Part shown: piece after piece, positions 33,320-42,829 of the stretch | How the letters are laid out: each line of letters starts with the position of its first letter | How positions within the stretch are numbered: position 1 is the stretch's first letter | NCBI GenBank assembly: GCA_003222635.1 | Contig: QHWQ01000010.1 | Span: 3,334 to 67,333 of the forward strand | DNA from: Acidobacteriota bacterium | Lineage (GTDB): Bacteria; Acidobacteriota; Vicinamibacteria; Vicinamibacterales; UBA2999 | Direction of reading: 5' to 3' | DNA: 64,000 nucleotides | Translations under genes and position numbers: made by a program | The notes under the pieces: model-generated | The model's database searches: none | Told to the model about the DNA's origin: nothing | What the model saw: only the letters and a program-made list of their open reading frames with translations

Positions 33320-35041
33320 TTAGCTGTCCGGAGCCCGGAAATCAGCGACAGAGAGCTGCAGGTAGCGCTCTCCATTGTAGGTGTCGTTTTCGAGCGAAAA
33401 GGCGAGGTCGATGGCGCCCTTGTGCTCGGCGACGAAGCTCTCGCGTTCCGACGCGCGCCAGGCGACGCCGCGCAGGATGCGGCCGTCCTGCTTGAACGCC
33501 ATCTTCAGATGCCGGTCCTTCAGGCGGCGGGGACCGTCGACGATCTCCACGCGGCTCGTACGGAAGATGGGGCACGGGTTGCCGGCGCCAAACGGAGCGA
33601 GCGCCGAGAGCTCCGACACGACCTGCTCGTTGATCGACCGGAACGTGAGCGAGCCGTCGATCCAGAGGCGCGGACGCAGGTCGTCGGGCGTGAGGCAGCG
33701 GTCCGCGAAGTCGTTGACGCGCGCGCGCAGCTCGCGAATCTTCGCGGCGTCGATCGTCAGCCCCGCCGCCTGCTTGTGGCCGCCGAACTTCGACATGGCG
33801 TCGGCGGACGATTCGAGCGCCGCCAGCATGTTGAACGACGGAATGCTGCGGCAGGATCCATGCGCGACGTCGCCGTCGACCGAGATGACGATCGCCGGCC
33901 GATGGAACGCGTCCACCAGCTTCGAGGCGACGATGCCGATGACGCCCCGGTGCCAGCCGTCGCCGGCGACGACGATGACGGTGCGCGAGCCGACCTCGAG
34001 ATCCGTCTCGACGATCTTCTTCGCCTGACTGACGATCTCCGCCTCTTCCTGCTGCCGCCGGAGGTTCTCGGAGTTGAGCTGCTCGGCGAGCGCCCGCGCC
34101 TCCTCCCCCATCGTCTCGTCGGAGGCGAGCAGCAGCCGCGCCGCAATGTCCGGCGTGCTCATGCGGCCGGCGGCGTTGACGCGCGGCGCGACGACGAAGC
34201 CGATGTGATAGCTGTCGATCTCGCGGCCGGTGAGGCCGCAGACGTCGAGCAGCGCGCGCAGGCCGATCTTGTGCGGCCCCTTCGACAGCATGCCGAGACC
34301 CAGCTTCGCGATGATGCGGTTCTCGCCGGTCAACGGAACGACGTCGGCGAGCGTGCCAATCGCGGCGACCTTCACGAACGCCGGCAGCCAGTGCGCGTGC
34401 CCGGTGCAATCGCAGAGTGCCTGCACCAGCTTCAGCGCCACGCCGACGCCCGCGAGGTTCTTGTCCGGATACAGGCAGTCGTGACGCTTCGGGTTGATCA
34501 CCGCCAGCGCGTCGGGCAGCTCCGCGCCGGGCTCGTGATGGTCCGTGATGATCAGATCTATCCCGAGCTCGCGGGCGCGATTGGCCGCTTCCGCGGCGCG
34601 AATGCCGCAGTCGACGGAAATGACCACGCGCGCCCCATCCTGGTGGAGACGATCGAGCGTGGCCGGCTGCAGGCCGTAGCCGTCGCGGAAGCGCTCGGGG
34701 AGGAAGTGCACGACGTCGGCGCCGAGCAGCTCCAGCGCGCGGCGCAGGATCACCGTTGACGTCACGCCATCGACGTCGTAGTCGCCGTGAATGGCGATGC
34801 GATCCTTCGACGCAATCGCCGCGAGAATCCGATTGACCGCCGTCGACATGCCCGCCAGACGCAGCGGATCGTGAAGGTCGTCGAGCCGCGGCGACAGGAA
34901 GCGCCGCGCATCGTCCAGATTGCCGAGACCGCGGATGCAGAGCAGCCGCGCCGTCACCGGCGACACGCCGAGCTCGCGCGCGAGCACCTCACTGGGCCCC
35001 TCGTCGCACGCGACGTTCTCCCAGATCAGATCAGCCTTCAT
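33320..35041 (-). CDS. recJ: single-stranded-DNA-specific exonuclease RecJ
   Basis: From ATG 35041 the protein reads MKADLIW.... DHH motifs are present (IAIHGDYDVDGVTS, ISVDCG, LIITDHH), along with DHHA1 (GGHKQAAG). The start overlaps the accA stop (ATGA). Confidence 0.92.
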   Translation of the reverse strand: MKADLIWENVACDEGPSEVLARELGVSPVTARLLCIRGLGNLDDARRFLSPRLDDLHDPLRLAGMSTAVNRILAAIASKDRIAIHGDYDVDGVTSTVILRRALELLGADVVHFLPERFRDGYGLQPATLDRLHQDGARVVISVDCGIRAAEAANRARELGIDLIITDHHEPGAELPDALAVINPKRHDCLYPDKNLAGVGVALKLVQALCDCTGHAHWLPAFVKVAAIGTLADVVPLTGENRIIAKLGLGMLSKGPHKIGLRALLDVCGLTGREIDSYHIGFVVAPRVNAAGRMSTPDIAARLLLASDETMGEEARALAEQLNSENLRRQQEEAEIVSQAKKIVETDLEVGSRTVIVVAGDGWHRGVIGIVASKLVDAFHRPAIVISVDGDVAHGSCRSIPSFNMLAALESSADAMSKFGGHKQAAGLTIDAAKIRELRARVNDFADRCLTPDDLRPRLWIDGSLTFRSINEQVVSELSALAPFGAGNPCPIFRTSRVEIVDGPRRLKDRHLKMAFKQDGRILRGVAWRASERESFVAEHKGAIDLAFSLENDTYNGERYLQLSVADFRAPDS

Positions 35042-36012
35042 TGATGATCTGTTTCTTGAATGCCGATGTTCCCCATCTGGCGGAACTTCTGGTATCGCGC
35101 CTCGAGCCGGGTGGCGGAATCCATCGCCCACACCTCGCGCAGCGTGCGCTCGAGCGCCGCGTCGAGGAGCGAGGTGGCGAGCTCGTGGTTCGTGTGCGCG
35201 CCGCCGATCGGTTCCGCCACGATTTCGTCGACGACGCCGAAGTTGATCAGGTCGGGCGCGGTCAGCCGCAGCGCTTCGGCGGCCTCCACCTTCCTGCCGG
35301 CATCGCGCCAGAGGATCGCCGCGCATCCTTCCGGCGGGATCACGCTGTAGATGGCGAACTCGTGCATCAGGATGCGGTCGCCGATCGCAATGCCGAGCGC
35401 GCCGCCGCTCCCCCCTTCGCCGTGCACGATGACGACAATCGGCACGTCGAGCACGGCCATCTCGCGCAGATTCAAGGCGATCGCCTCGGCGATGCCGCGC
35501 TCCTCGGATTCGACGCCCGGATAGGCCGCGGGCGTATCGATGAACGCGATCACCGCCCGGCCGAACTTCTCCGCCAGCTTCATCGCGCGCAGCGCCTTGC
35601 GGTAGCCCTCGGGCCGCGCGTAGCCGAAGTTGCGATAGATCTTCTGCTTCGTGTCGCCGCCGGCACCCTTGTGATGGCCGACGATCATCACCGGCTCGTC
35701 CTTGTAGCGCGCGAAGCCGGCGACCATCGCGTGATCGTCCGCGAAGCGCCGATCGCCACTGATCTCGGTGAACTGCGTAAACATCCGGTTGACGTAGTCG
35801 AGCACCGTCGGCCGGTTCGGATGCCGCGCGACGAGCACCCGCTGCCACGGCGTCAGCCGGGCATAGATGTCCGCGCGAATCGATTCGATCCGCCGGTGCA
35901 GCTGATCGATTCCCTCCTGGCGCTGCGGCGTGCGCGGCAGCATCGACAATGCCTCGATCTCCTTGAGGAGGACCGCGATCGGCTCCTCGAATTCGAGCGT
36001 GTCAGGAGGCAT
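35038..36012 (-). CDS. accA: acetyl-CoA carboxylase carboxyltransferase subunit alpha
   Basis: This 324-aa ORF shows ...ARHPNRPTVLDY...FIDTPAAYPGVESEERG...GEGGSGGALGI. Confidence 0.93.
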   Translation of the reverse strand: MPPDTLEFEEPIAVLLKEIEALSMLPRTPQRQEGIDQLHRRIESIRADIYARLTPWQRVLVARHPNRPTVLDYVNRMFTQFTEISGDRRFADDHAMVAGFARYKDEPVMIVGHHKGAGGDTKQKIYRNFGYARPEGYRKALRAMKLAEKFGRAVIAFIDTPAAYPGVESEERGIAEAIALNLREMAVLDVPIVVIVHGEGGSGGALGIAIGDRILMHEFAIYSVIPPEGCAAILWRDAGRKVEAAEALRLTAPDLINFGVVDEIVAEPIGGAHTNHELATSLLDAALERTLREVWAMDSATRLEARYQKFRQMGNIGIQETDHQ

Positions 36013-36024
36013 TGACAGAGAAGG

Positions 36025-39000
36025 TCATCGAAGCGTGACTGATCCGCTGCCGCAGATCTTCTCGACCTCTGCAACAAGCGTCTCCGATGGCCGGACGCGG
36101 ATGCCGTTGACGTCCACCGTGATGCGCATGTGGCGGTCGCGCTCGTGCAGGACGATGGCGACGCGGCGATCGCCCTTGTGCTGGGCGAACAGATCCCAGA
36201 GACGCTCGAACGTGGCACGGTCCGCCGGGGGCGTCGTCAGCTTGATTGCCACCGACGTGGCGAGCCGTTCGCGCACCAGGCCAATCGGCACGATCTCCGA
36301 TGCGATGATCCGCGCCGACTCGTCGTCTCGCTCGAACTTCCCTTTCACCAGCACGGTGTTGCCATTCTCTGCCAGGTGCCCATGCTGCTTGAAGGCCTCG
36401 GGGAAGACGACGATCTCGATGCTGCCTGAGGCGTCGTCGAGCATGAAGACGCACATGCGGTCACCCTTGCGCGTCTTCAGCGGCCGCAGACCCGAGACGA
36501 TGCCACCAATGGAGATCTCTTCGCCCTTGCCGTTGCCATTGGGCCGGCTGAAGCCGGCCCCTGCGTCGGCTGGAATCTCGTCGCCCTCCTCCGCTGGCTT
36601 CTTGATGTTGAGGTCGGCCGTCGTCTTCGCGCCGTACTCGCGCAGGTCCTCAGCGTAGCGGTCAATCGGGTGGCCGCTCCAGTAGAGGCCGAGCGCTTCC
36701 TTCTCGTAATTGAGCTGCTCGATCTCGGTCCAGGAAGGAACTTCAGGCAATGCGTGCCCCGGCGCGCCGCCCGCGTGGTCGTCGCCGCCGAACAGGTCGT
36801 GCTGACCCAGATCGTTGTCGCGCTGTTTGCGCGCACCGTGCTCGCACGCCGCATCGACGGATGCAAGCAATCGAGCGCGGCCCGATCGCAAATGATCTCG
36901 ATTCACCAACAGCGAATCGCACGCACCCGACTTGACAAGCGCCTCGAACACCCGCTTGTTCGCCAGGCGCAGATCGAGGATCTCGCACAGCGCGTGCAGC
37001 GCCGGGATGCGTCCGCCCAGCTGCGCGCGCGCGAGGAGGATCGAATTGATCGCTCCCTCGCCGAGTCCCTTGATCGCCGTGAGGCCGAAGCGGACACCCT
37101 TGCCCCGCTCGACCGAGAAATTCAGCTCGCTCTCATTGATGTCCGGCGGCAGCACCGGGATGCCGCGCTCGCGCGCCTCGGCGAGATACATCGCGAGCTT
37201 CTCGGTGTTCTGCGCTTCAATCGTGAACAGCGCCGCGGCAAAGTGCCACGGGTAATTCGCCTTCAGGTATGCCGTCTGATACGCCAGGACTGCATACGTC
37301 GTCGAGTGCGACTTGTTGAAGCCGTACCCGGCGAAGAACTCGATCTGTTCGAACAGCTTGATCGCCTTCTTCTCGTTGATGCTCTTCGCCTTCGCACCCT
37401 CGAGAAACGCGTCGCGCTGCTTGGCCATGACCTTGGGATCCTTCTTGCCCATGGCCTTGCGAAGCACGTCAGCCTGACCGAGCGTGAAGCCCGCGACCGC
37501 CTGCGCGATGCGCATCACCTGTTCCTGATAGGCGATGACGCCGTAGGTCTCCGAGAGGATCGGCTCGAGCTCCTTCAGCTCGTACTTCACCTCGCGCTTC
37601 CCCTGCTTGCGCTCGACCCAGTCGTCCACCATGCCGCTCTTCAGCGGTCCAGGTCGATAGAGCGCGTTCAACGCAATCAGGTCGTCGATGCGCGTCGGCT
37701 TCGCCTTGCGCAGCAGCTCGCGCATCCCGGAGCTTTCGAACTGGAAGATGCCGTAGGCCGCGCCCTCCTGAAACACCTTGAAGGTCTTCGCATCGTCGAG
37801 CGGGATGTTGTCGATGTCGAGGTCGATCCCCTCGGTCCGCTTGATCTCCTTGAGCGCGTCGTCGATGAGCGTCAGCGTGCTCAGCCCGAGGAAATCCATT
37901 TTCAGGAGGCCGACACGCTCGACCTCCTTCATGTTCCACTGCGTCGTCAGCTCGTCGCGCTGCCCCTTGTAGAGCGGCGCGTAGTCGGTAATCGGACCTG
38001 GCGCGATCACCACGCCAGCGGCATGGACCGATGCGTGGCGTGACATCCCCTCGAGGCGCTTGCCGATCTCGATGACTTCCTTGACCTTCGGATCGTTCGT
38101 CCACATGTCTTTCAGGACGGGGTTCTCGTTCAAGGCCTTGTCGAGGGTCATGTCGAGCGTCGGCGGAATCTGCTTCGCGATGCGATCGACGTCCGCGTAC
38201 GGCATCTCGAGTACACGGCCGACGTCGCGGATGACGGCCTTCGCCTTCATCGTCCCGAACGTGATGATCTGCGCGACGTTTTCCCGCCCGTACTTGCGCG
38301 TGACGTAGTCGATCACCTCGCCGCGGCGCCGCTCGCAGAAGTCGACATCGATATCGGGCATCGAGATGCGTTCCGGGTTGAGGAAGCGCTCGAAGATGAG
38401 ATCGAAGTCGATGGGATCGACGTCCGTGATGCGCATGCACCAGGCGACGAGCGAGCCGGCGGCGGATCCGCGGCCGGGGCCGACAGGGATGTGTTCCTCG
38501 CGCGCGTAGCGGATGAAGTCCCAGACGATCAGGAGATAGCCGGGGAACCTCATCTTCTTGATCATCTCGATCTCGTACTCGAGACGACGCTCGTACTCGT
38601 CGATCGTATGACGGAGGTGCCCCCAGATGGCCAGCTCGCGCAGCCGCGGCAGCCTCTGCGCAAACCCTTCGCGCGCCACGTGCTCGAAGTAGCTGTCGAT
38701 GGTGAAGCCTTCGGGCACGCCGAAGGTCGGCAGGTGGTTCTGCCCCTTCGGAATCGTGACGTTGCAGCGCTCGGCAATGAGCAGCGTGTTCTTCAGCGCG
38801 TCGGGGATGTCCTTGAAGACAACGCCCATCTGCTCGGACGTCTTCAGGAAGAACTGATCGCCGTGGTAGCGCAGGCGCTGCGCATCGTTGACGGTCTTGC
38901 CGGTGCCGATGCAGAGCAGGATGTCGTGCGGCTGATGATCGCCCTGCTTCAGATAGTGCACGTCGTTCGTGCAGACGAGCGGCAGGTTCAGCTCGTGCGC

Positions 39001-39579
39001 GAGCGGCAACAGGCCTCGGTTGACGATCTTCTGTTCCTCGATCCCCTGATACTGCATCTCGAGGAAGAAGTTGTTCGGCCCGAGGATGTCGCGGAGACGG
39101 CCGGCCGCTTCGAGCGCGGGACGCGCCTGCTCGACCTTCAGCGCGCTCGCCACCTCGCCCTTGAGGCAGCTGCTGAGGCCGATGAGGCCTTTCGAGTGCC
39201 GCGCGAGCAGCTCCTTGTCGATGCGCGGCCGGTAGTAAAAGCCTTCGGTATAGCCCGCCGAGACGAGCTTGATCAGGTTCTTGTAGCCCTCGTCCGTCTC
39301 CGCGAGCAGCACGAGGTGATTCGTCTCGGTCTGCGGTCCCGTCTTGTCGAAGCGGCTCCCCTGCGCGACGTAGACCTCGCAGCCGAGAATCGGCTTCAGT
39401 CCGCGATCGCGCGCGTGGTCGTGGAAGACGACCGACGAAAACAAGTTGCCGTGCTCCGTCACCGCGAGCGCCGGCATCTTCAACTTGACGGCTTCATCCA
39501 GCAGCTCGTCGATGCGGCAGGCGCCATCGAGGAGCGAGAATTCGGTGTGTAAGTGCAGATGGACGAATTCAGCGGCCAT
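36025..39579 (-). CDS. dnaE: DNA polymerase III subunit alpha
   Basis: This 1184-aa ORF has the PHP domain FVHLHLHTEFSLLDG, the palm motif PDIDVDF, and fingers through the OB domain. It is continuous in one frame. Confidence 0.95.
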   Translation of the reverse strand: MAAEFVHLHLHTEFSLLDGACRIDELLDEAVKLKMPALAVTEHGNLFSSVVFHDHARDRGLKPILGCEVYVAQGSRFDKTGPQTETNHLVLLAETDEGYKNLIKLVSAGYTEGFYYRPRIDKELLARHSKGLIGLSSCLKGEVASALKVEQARPALEAAGRLRDILGPNNFFLEMQYQGIEEQKIVNRGLLPLAHELNLPLVCTNDVHYLKQGDHQPHDILLCIGTGKTVNDAQRLRYHGDQFFLKTSEQMGVVFKDIPDALKNTLLIAERCNVTIPKGQNHLPTFGVPEGFTIDSYFEHVAREGFAQRLPRLRELAIWGHLRHTIDEYERRLEYEIEMIKKMRFPGYLLIVWDFIRYAREEHIPVGPGRGSAAGSLVAWCMRITDVDPIDFDLIFERFLNPERISMPDIDVDFCERRRGEVIDYVTRKYGRENVAQIITFGTMKAKAVIRDVGRVLEMPYADVDRIAKQIPPTLDMTLDKALNENPVLKDMWTNDPKVKEVIEIGKRLEGMSRHASVHAAGVVIAPGPITDYAPLYKGQRDELTTQWNMKEVERVGLLKMDFLGLSTLTLIDDALKEIKRTEGIDLDIDNIPLDDAKTFKVFQEGAAYGIFQFESSGMRELLRKAKPTRIDDLIALNALYRPGPLKSGMVDDWVERKQGKREVKYELKELEPILSETYGVIAYQEQVMRIAQAVAGFTLGQADVLRKAMGKKDPKVMAKQRDAFLEGAKAKSINEKKAIKLFEQIEFFAGYGFNKSHSTTYAVLAYQTAYLKANYPWHFAAALFTIEAQNTEKLAMYLAEARERGIPVLPPDINESELNFSVERGKGVRFGLTAIKGLGEGAINSILLARAQLGGRIPALHALCEILDLRLANKRVFEALVKSGACDSLLVNRDHLRSGRARLLASVDAACEHGARKQRDNDLGQHDLFGGDDHAGGAPGHALPEVPSWTEIEQLNYEKEALGLYWSGHPIDRYAEDLREYGAKTTADLNIKKPAEEGDEIPADAGAGFSRPNGNGKGEEISIGGIVSGLRPLKTRKGDRMCVFMLDDASGSIEIVVFPEAFKQHGHLAENGNTVLVKGKFERDDESARIIASEIVPIGLVRERLATSVAIKLTTPPADRATFERLWDLFAQHKGDRRVAIVLHERDRHMRITVDVNGIRVRPSETLVAEVEKICGSGSVTLR

Positions 39580-40989
39580 CTATTCCCATTCGATCGTTGA
39601 AGGTGGTTTGCTGCTGATGTCGTACACCACGCGGTTGATGCCGCGCACCTCGTTGACGATGCGAGAGGAGATCGTCGCGAGCAGGTCGTGCGGGAGACGC
39701 GCCCAGTCGGCGGTCATGCCGTCGAGGCTCTCGACCGCGCGGATCGCGATCGTGTACTCGTAGGTCCGCGCATCGCCCATCACGCCGACGCTCTGCACCG
39801 GCAGCAGCACCGCGAAGCTTTGCCAGAGGCGCTCGTACCACCCCGCCTGGCGGATTTCCTCCGCGACGATCTTGTCCGCGAGGCGCAGCAGGTCGAGGCG
39901 CGGCCTGGTGATTTCTCCGATGACTCGCACCGCCAGTCCCGGGCCCGGGAACGGCTGGCGGATGACGAACTCCTTGTCGAGGCCGAGATCGCGGCCGACC
40001 GGGTAGAGCGTCCCCTGCGCCAGGAAATCGAAGCGGCCAAGCTCGTTGGCGCGCGTCTCGAACACGTCGATGAAGGTCGCGCCGATGATCTTCCGCTTCT
40101 GCTCGGGATCGGTCACGCCGGCGAGCCGCTCGAGGAACGTGCTCGACGCATCGACGAAGTCGAGCGGCAGCTGCATCTTCTCGCGGAAGCGCTTGACGAT
40201 CTGGTTCGCCTCGTCGTCGCGCAGCAGCCCGTTGTCCACGAAGATGCACGTCAGCCGATCGCCGATCGCGCGATGAATGAGCATCGCGGCGACCGTTGAA
40301 TCGACGCCGCCCGACAATCCGCAGACGACCTTGCCGTTGCCGACCTGCAGCTTGATGCGCTCCGTCGCTTCTTCGATGAACGACGCGATCGTCCAGTCGC
40401 CCGTGCACCCGCAGACGCCGTAGGCGAAGTTGCGAAGAATCGCGAGCCCGTGATCCGTGTGCGCGACCTCCGGATGGAACAACAGCGCGTACAGTTCGCG
40501 ATCGGGCGCTTCCATCGCGGCGATCGGCGCCGTCGCGCTCGTTGCCGCCACATGAAATCCCGGCGGCACCGCATTCACATCGTCGCCGTGGCTCGCCCAG
40601 ACGCGGAGCTCGGACGGCACCCGCGTGAAGAGCCGCGGCGGCGCGCCGTTGCCGGTGACGCGCACGTGCGCGTGGCCGAACTCGCGCTGCCCGGAACGGC
40701 GGACTTCCCCGCCCAGCACATCCGTCATCAGCTGCATGCCGTAGCAGATGCCGAGCACCGGCGTGCCGAGCTCGAACAGTTCAGGCGCGCACTTCGGCGC
40801 GCCCGCTTCCGACACGCTCTTCGGCCCACCTGAGAGAATGATCCCGACGGGGTTTTTCTCTCTGATTTTCTCGAGCGGCGTGTTGAACGGAACAATCTCG
40901 GAGTACACCGACAGCTCACGCAGCCGTCGAGCGATCAACTGCGTGTACTGCGAGCCAAAATCCAGGACGAGAATGGTCTGGTGGGGCAC
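39580..40989 (-). CDS. guaA: GMP synthase (glutamine-hydrolysing), with apparent in-frame internal deletion
   Basis: GATase region [17 protein letters not shown]...GICYGMQ, PP-loop [12 protein letters not shown]-terminal end ...[11 protein letters not shown]. The sequence reads [10 protein letters not shown]|[21 protein letters not shown], so the block IES...IKSHHNVGGLP...LFKDEVR is skipped. I prefer GTG 40989 as the start. Confidence 0.88.
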   Translation of the reverse strand: MPHQTILVLDFGSQYTQLIARRLRELSVYSEIVPFNTPLEKIREKNPVGIILSGGPKSVSEAGAPKCAPELFELGTPVLGICYGMQLMTDVLGGEVRRSGQREFGHAHVRVTGNGAPPRLFTRVPSELRVWASHGDDVNAVPPGFHVAATSATAPIAAMEAPDRELYALLFHPEVAHTDHGLAILRNFAYGVCGCTGDWTIASFIEEATERIKLQVGNGKVVCGLSGGVDSTVAAMLIHRAIGDRLTCIFVDNGLLRDDEANQIVKRFREKMQLPLDFVDASSTFLERLAGVTDPEQKRKIIGATFIDVFETRANELGRFDFLAQGTLYPVGRDLGLDKEFVIRQPFPGPGLAVRVIGEITRPRLDLLRLADKIVAEEIRQAGWYERLWQSFAVLLPVQSVGVMGDARTYEYTIAIRAVESLDGMTADWARLPHDLLATISSRIVNEVRGINRVVYDISSKPPSTIEWE

Positions 40990-41017
40990 GAACGGCGGTA
41001 TTATCCCACAAGGAATA

Positions 41018-42238
41018 GTGCCTCGACGGACCCGCCCTACGAGATTTGCGATCTTTCTGATCGCGTCGATCGTCTCAACCACCTTCTGTTGGGGCGCCGA
41101 ACCGAAAAAGAAAAAAGTCGAACCTGTGCCGTTGCCGCTGCTCCCAGTGGTGCAGGAATGGATCGCGACGTTGGACGATCTGCCGACCGCCGGCGGCGCG
41201 ATGGATGCGGAGCGCGTCTACATTCCGCTGCAGCCGGAGCAGATCGTCGCGCTGAGCCGCGCGACCGGCATGAGGATCTGGAAGCGCGACATCGAGTCGA
41301 AGTGGCCGCCGCTCGTCGTCGGCGACGCGCTCTTCATCGTCGCCAGCGACGAGATCCACGCGGTGGATGCGGCGACCGGCGCCGAGCGCTGGCGCATCCC
41401 ATTCGATCATCAGCTGACGGCGCCGCTCGTCTCGAGCGGTTCCTCTCTGATCGCTGTTGCCGACCAGGGACTGGTCACGATGATTGCCGTCGCTGATGGA
41501 CGAACGCTCTGGGTGCGCGAGCTCGGCGCGCCCTCACGATTTGCGCCGGCGCTCGACGGCACACGCGCGATCTTCGCGCTCGACGACAGCCGTCTCGTCG
41601 CGCTGCGCGTGATGGACGGACGCGTCGACTGGGAACAGAAGCTCGATGGCAAGTTGAATCAGCCGTCGTTTGCGAAGGACCGCGTGTTTGTCGGGACGAA
41701 CACGAACCTGCTCTACGCGCTCGATAACGAGAACGGCCGCCTGGCGTGGAAGTGGAAGGCGGGCGGCGACGTGATCGGCACGAGCGGCGATGCGAAGGGC
41801 GGCGCCTACTACGCCTCGCTCGACAACGTGGTGCGCGCCGTCAATCGCGGCAACGGGAATCAGCGATGGATCAAGGAGACTCCGACACGGCCGCTCTTCC
41901 CGCCGCAGACGCTCGGCTACGGCGACGGGAAGTTCTACGAAGAGATCGTCGTGCTCACCGGCGTGACGTCGGAGATCGACGCGTTCGCGACGAAGAACGG
42001 AATGATCGTCGGCATGTATCAGCCGCCGACCGGTGGCGACCTGCAGGGGCCGCCGCTGATCGATCCGGATCTGAAGCCGTATCAGGTGGCGATGGTGGTG
42101 ATCACGCGCGACGGCCGCGCGCTCGGCCTCACACCATCGGCGATGATGCTCGCGGAACCGGCCAACGTGCCGTTCACGACGGAATTACCCGGGCGTCGCC
42201 TCGCACGGGAACGCATTACCCCTCGCGCGACGCGCTGA
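41018..42238 (+). CDS. PQQ-like beta-propeller repeat protein (BamB-like), secreted
   Basis: From GTG 41018 there is a signal-like N-terminus ([25 protein letters not shown]). Repeated motifs follow: ...A.D..TG...W...(RIWKRD, ERWRIPF, TLWVREL, VDWEQKL, LAWKWKA, QRWIKET). Confidence 0.75.
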   Translation: MPRRTRPTRFAIFLIASIVSTTFCWGAEPKKKKVEPVPLPLLPVVQEWIATLDDLPTAGGAMDAERVYIPLQPEQIVALSRATGMRIWKRDIESKWPPLVVGDALFIVASDEIHAVDAATGAERWRIPFDHQLTAPLVSSGSSLIAVADQGLVTMIAVADGRTLWVRELGAPSRFAPALDGTRAIFALDDSRLVALRVMDGRVDWEQKLDGKLNQPSFAKDRVFVGTNTNLLYALDNENGRLAWKWKAGGDVIGTSGDAKGGAYYASLDNVVRAVNRGNGNQRWIKETPTRPLFPPQTLGYGDGKFYEEIVVLTGVTSEIDAFATKNGMIVGMYQPPTGGDLQGPPLIDPDLKPYQVAMVVITRDGRALGLTPSAMMLAEPANVPFTTELPGRRLARERITPRATR

Positions 42239-42282
42239 ATGTATTCTTCCTTCTTCTTTCGTTTCTTCATTTCAATTTCCGA

Positions 42283-42316
42283 GGGGCGGGTCTGAAGACC
42301 CGCCCCTACACTACCG
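42283..42316. repeat. REP hairpin flanking the RAYT pseudogene (left)
   Basis: GGGGCGGGTC tgaa GACCCGCCCC followed by TACACTACCG. Confidence 0.75.
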
Positions 42317-42367
42317 ATTTATCGCGCGCGGATCGGTCTGGCGCGGCGCGTGCACACGGGCGCGCGC

Positions 42368-42783
42368 ATGGCTCGCGCGCCGGCTCCGAGACTCGCCAAG
42401 GCCGACTACATTGGTCGTCGCGGCTACTTTCTGACGGTCATTCATGCCGGACCACGTGCACTTCGTCGTAGAAGGCCAGCGCAATGATTCGGACTTGTTC
42501 GAGCTGGTTCGCGTTTGGAAATCAGAGACGGCGTTTCATTTCAAACGCGCAACGCGTCGTCCCCTATGGCAAGCGCAGCTTCTTCGACCGCGCCATGCGT
42601 GATCACGACGAGATGGTGGCGTTTGCACGCTACGTAATCGAAAATCCGGCCCGGGCCGGATTGCCCGAAGAACGGCGTCGTTATCCTTTTGTCGGATCGG
42701 ATACGACGACGATTGAGCAAATTCTCCACCGCGATCTGCCGCGGGGAATGTCTCGCAATTCGTCGTCTAAATTCGTAGTGTAG
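42368..42783 (+). pseudogene. REP-associated tyrosine transposase (RAYT, IS200/IS605 Y1-type), decayed
   Basis: Three segments lie in three different frames: MARAPAPRLAKADYIGRRGYFLTV, then FMPDHVHFVVEG...RVWKSETAFHFKRATRRPLWQ, then SFFDRAMRDHDEMVAFARYVIENPARAGL. About 50 residues are missing after YFLTV, and there is a 1-nt shift near 42568. Confidence 0.75.
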
Positions 42784-42807
42784 GCGCGCGTCTTCAGACC
42801 CGCCCCC
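42775..42807. repeat. REP hairpin flanking the RAYT pseudogene (right, inverted)
   Basis: GTAGTGTAG followed by GCGCGCGTC ttca GACCCGCCC. This is the inverted counterpart of the left copy, with two stem mismatches. Confidence 0.7.
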
Positions 42808-42829
42808 AGGGGATGATTGAGAAAAGAGA

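Noticed and set aside
42484-42783. A 99-aa ORF is listed in the track as an independent gene.
   Set aside because: It is the C-terminal fragment of the frameshifted RAYT transposase (SFFDRAMRDHDE...NPARAGL) preceded by out-of-frame residues, not a stand-alone gene.
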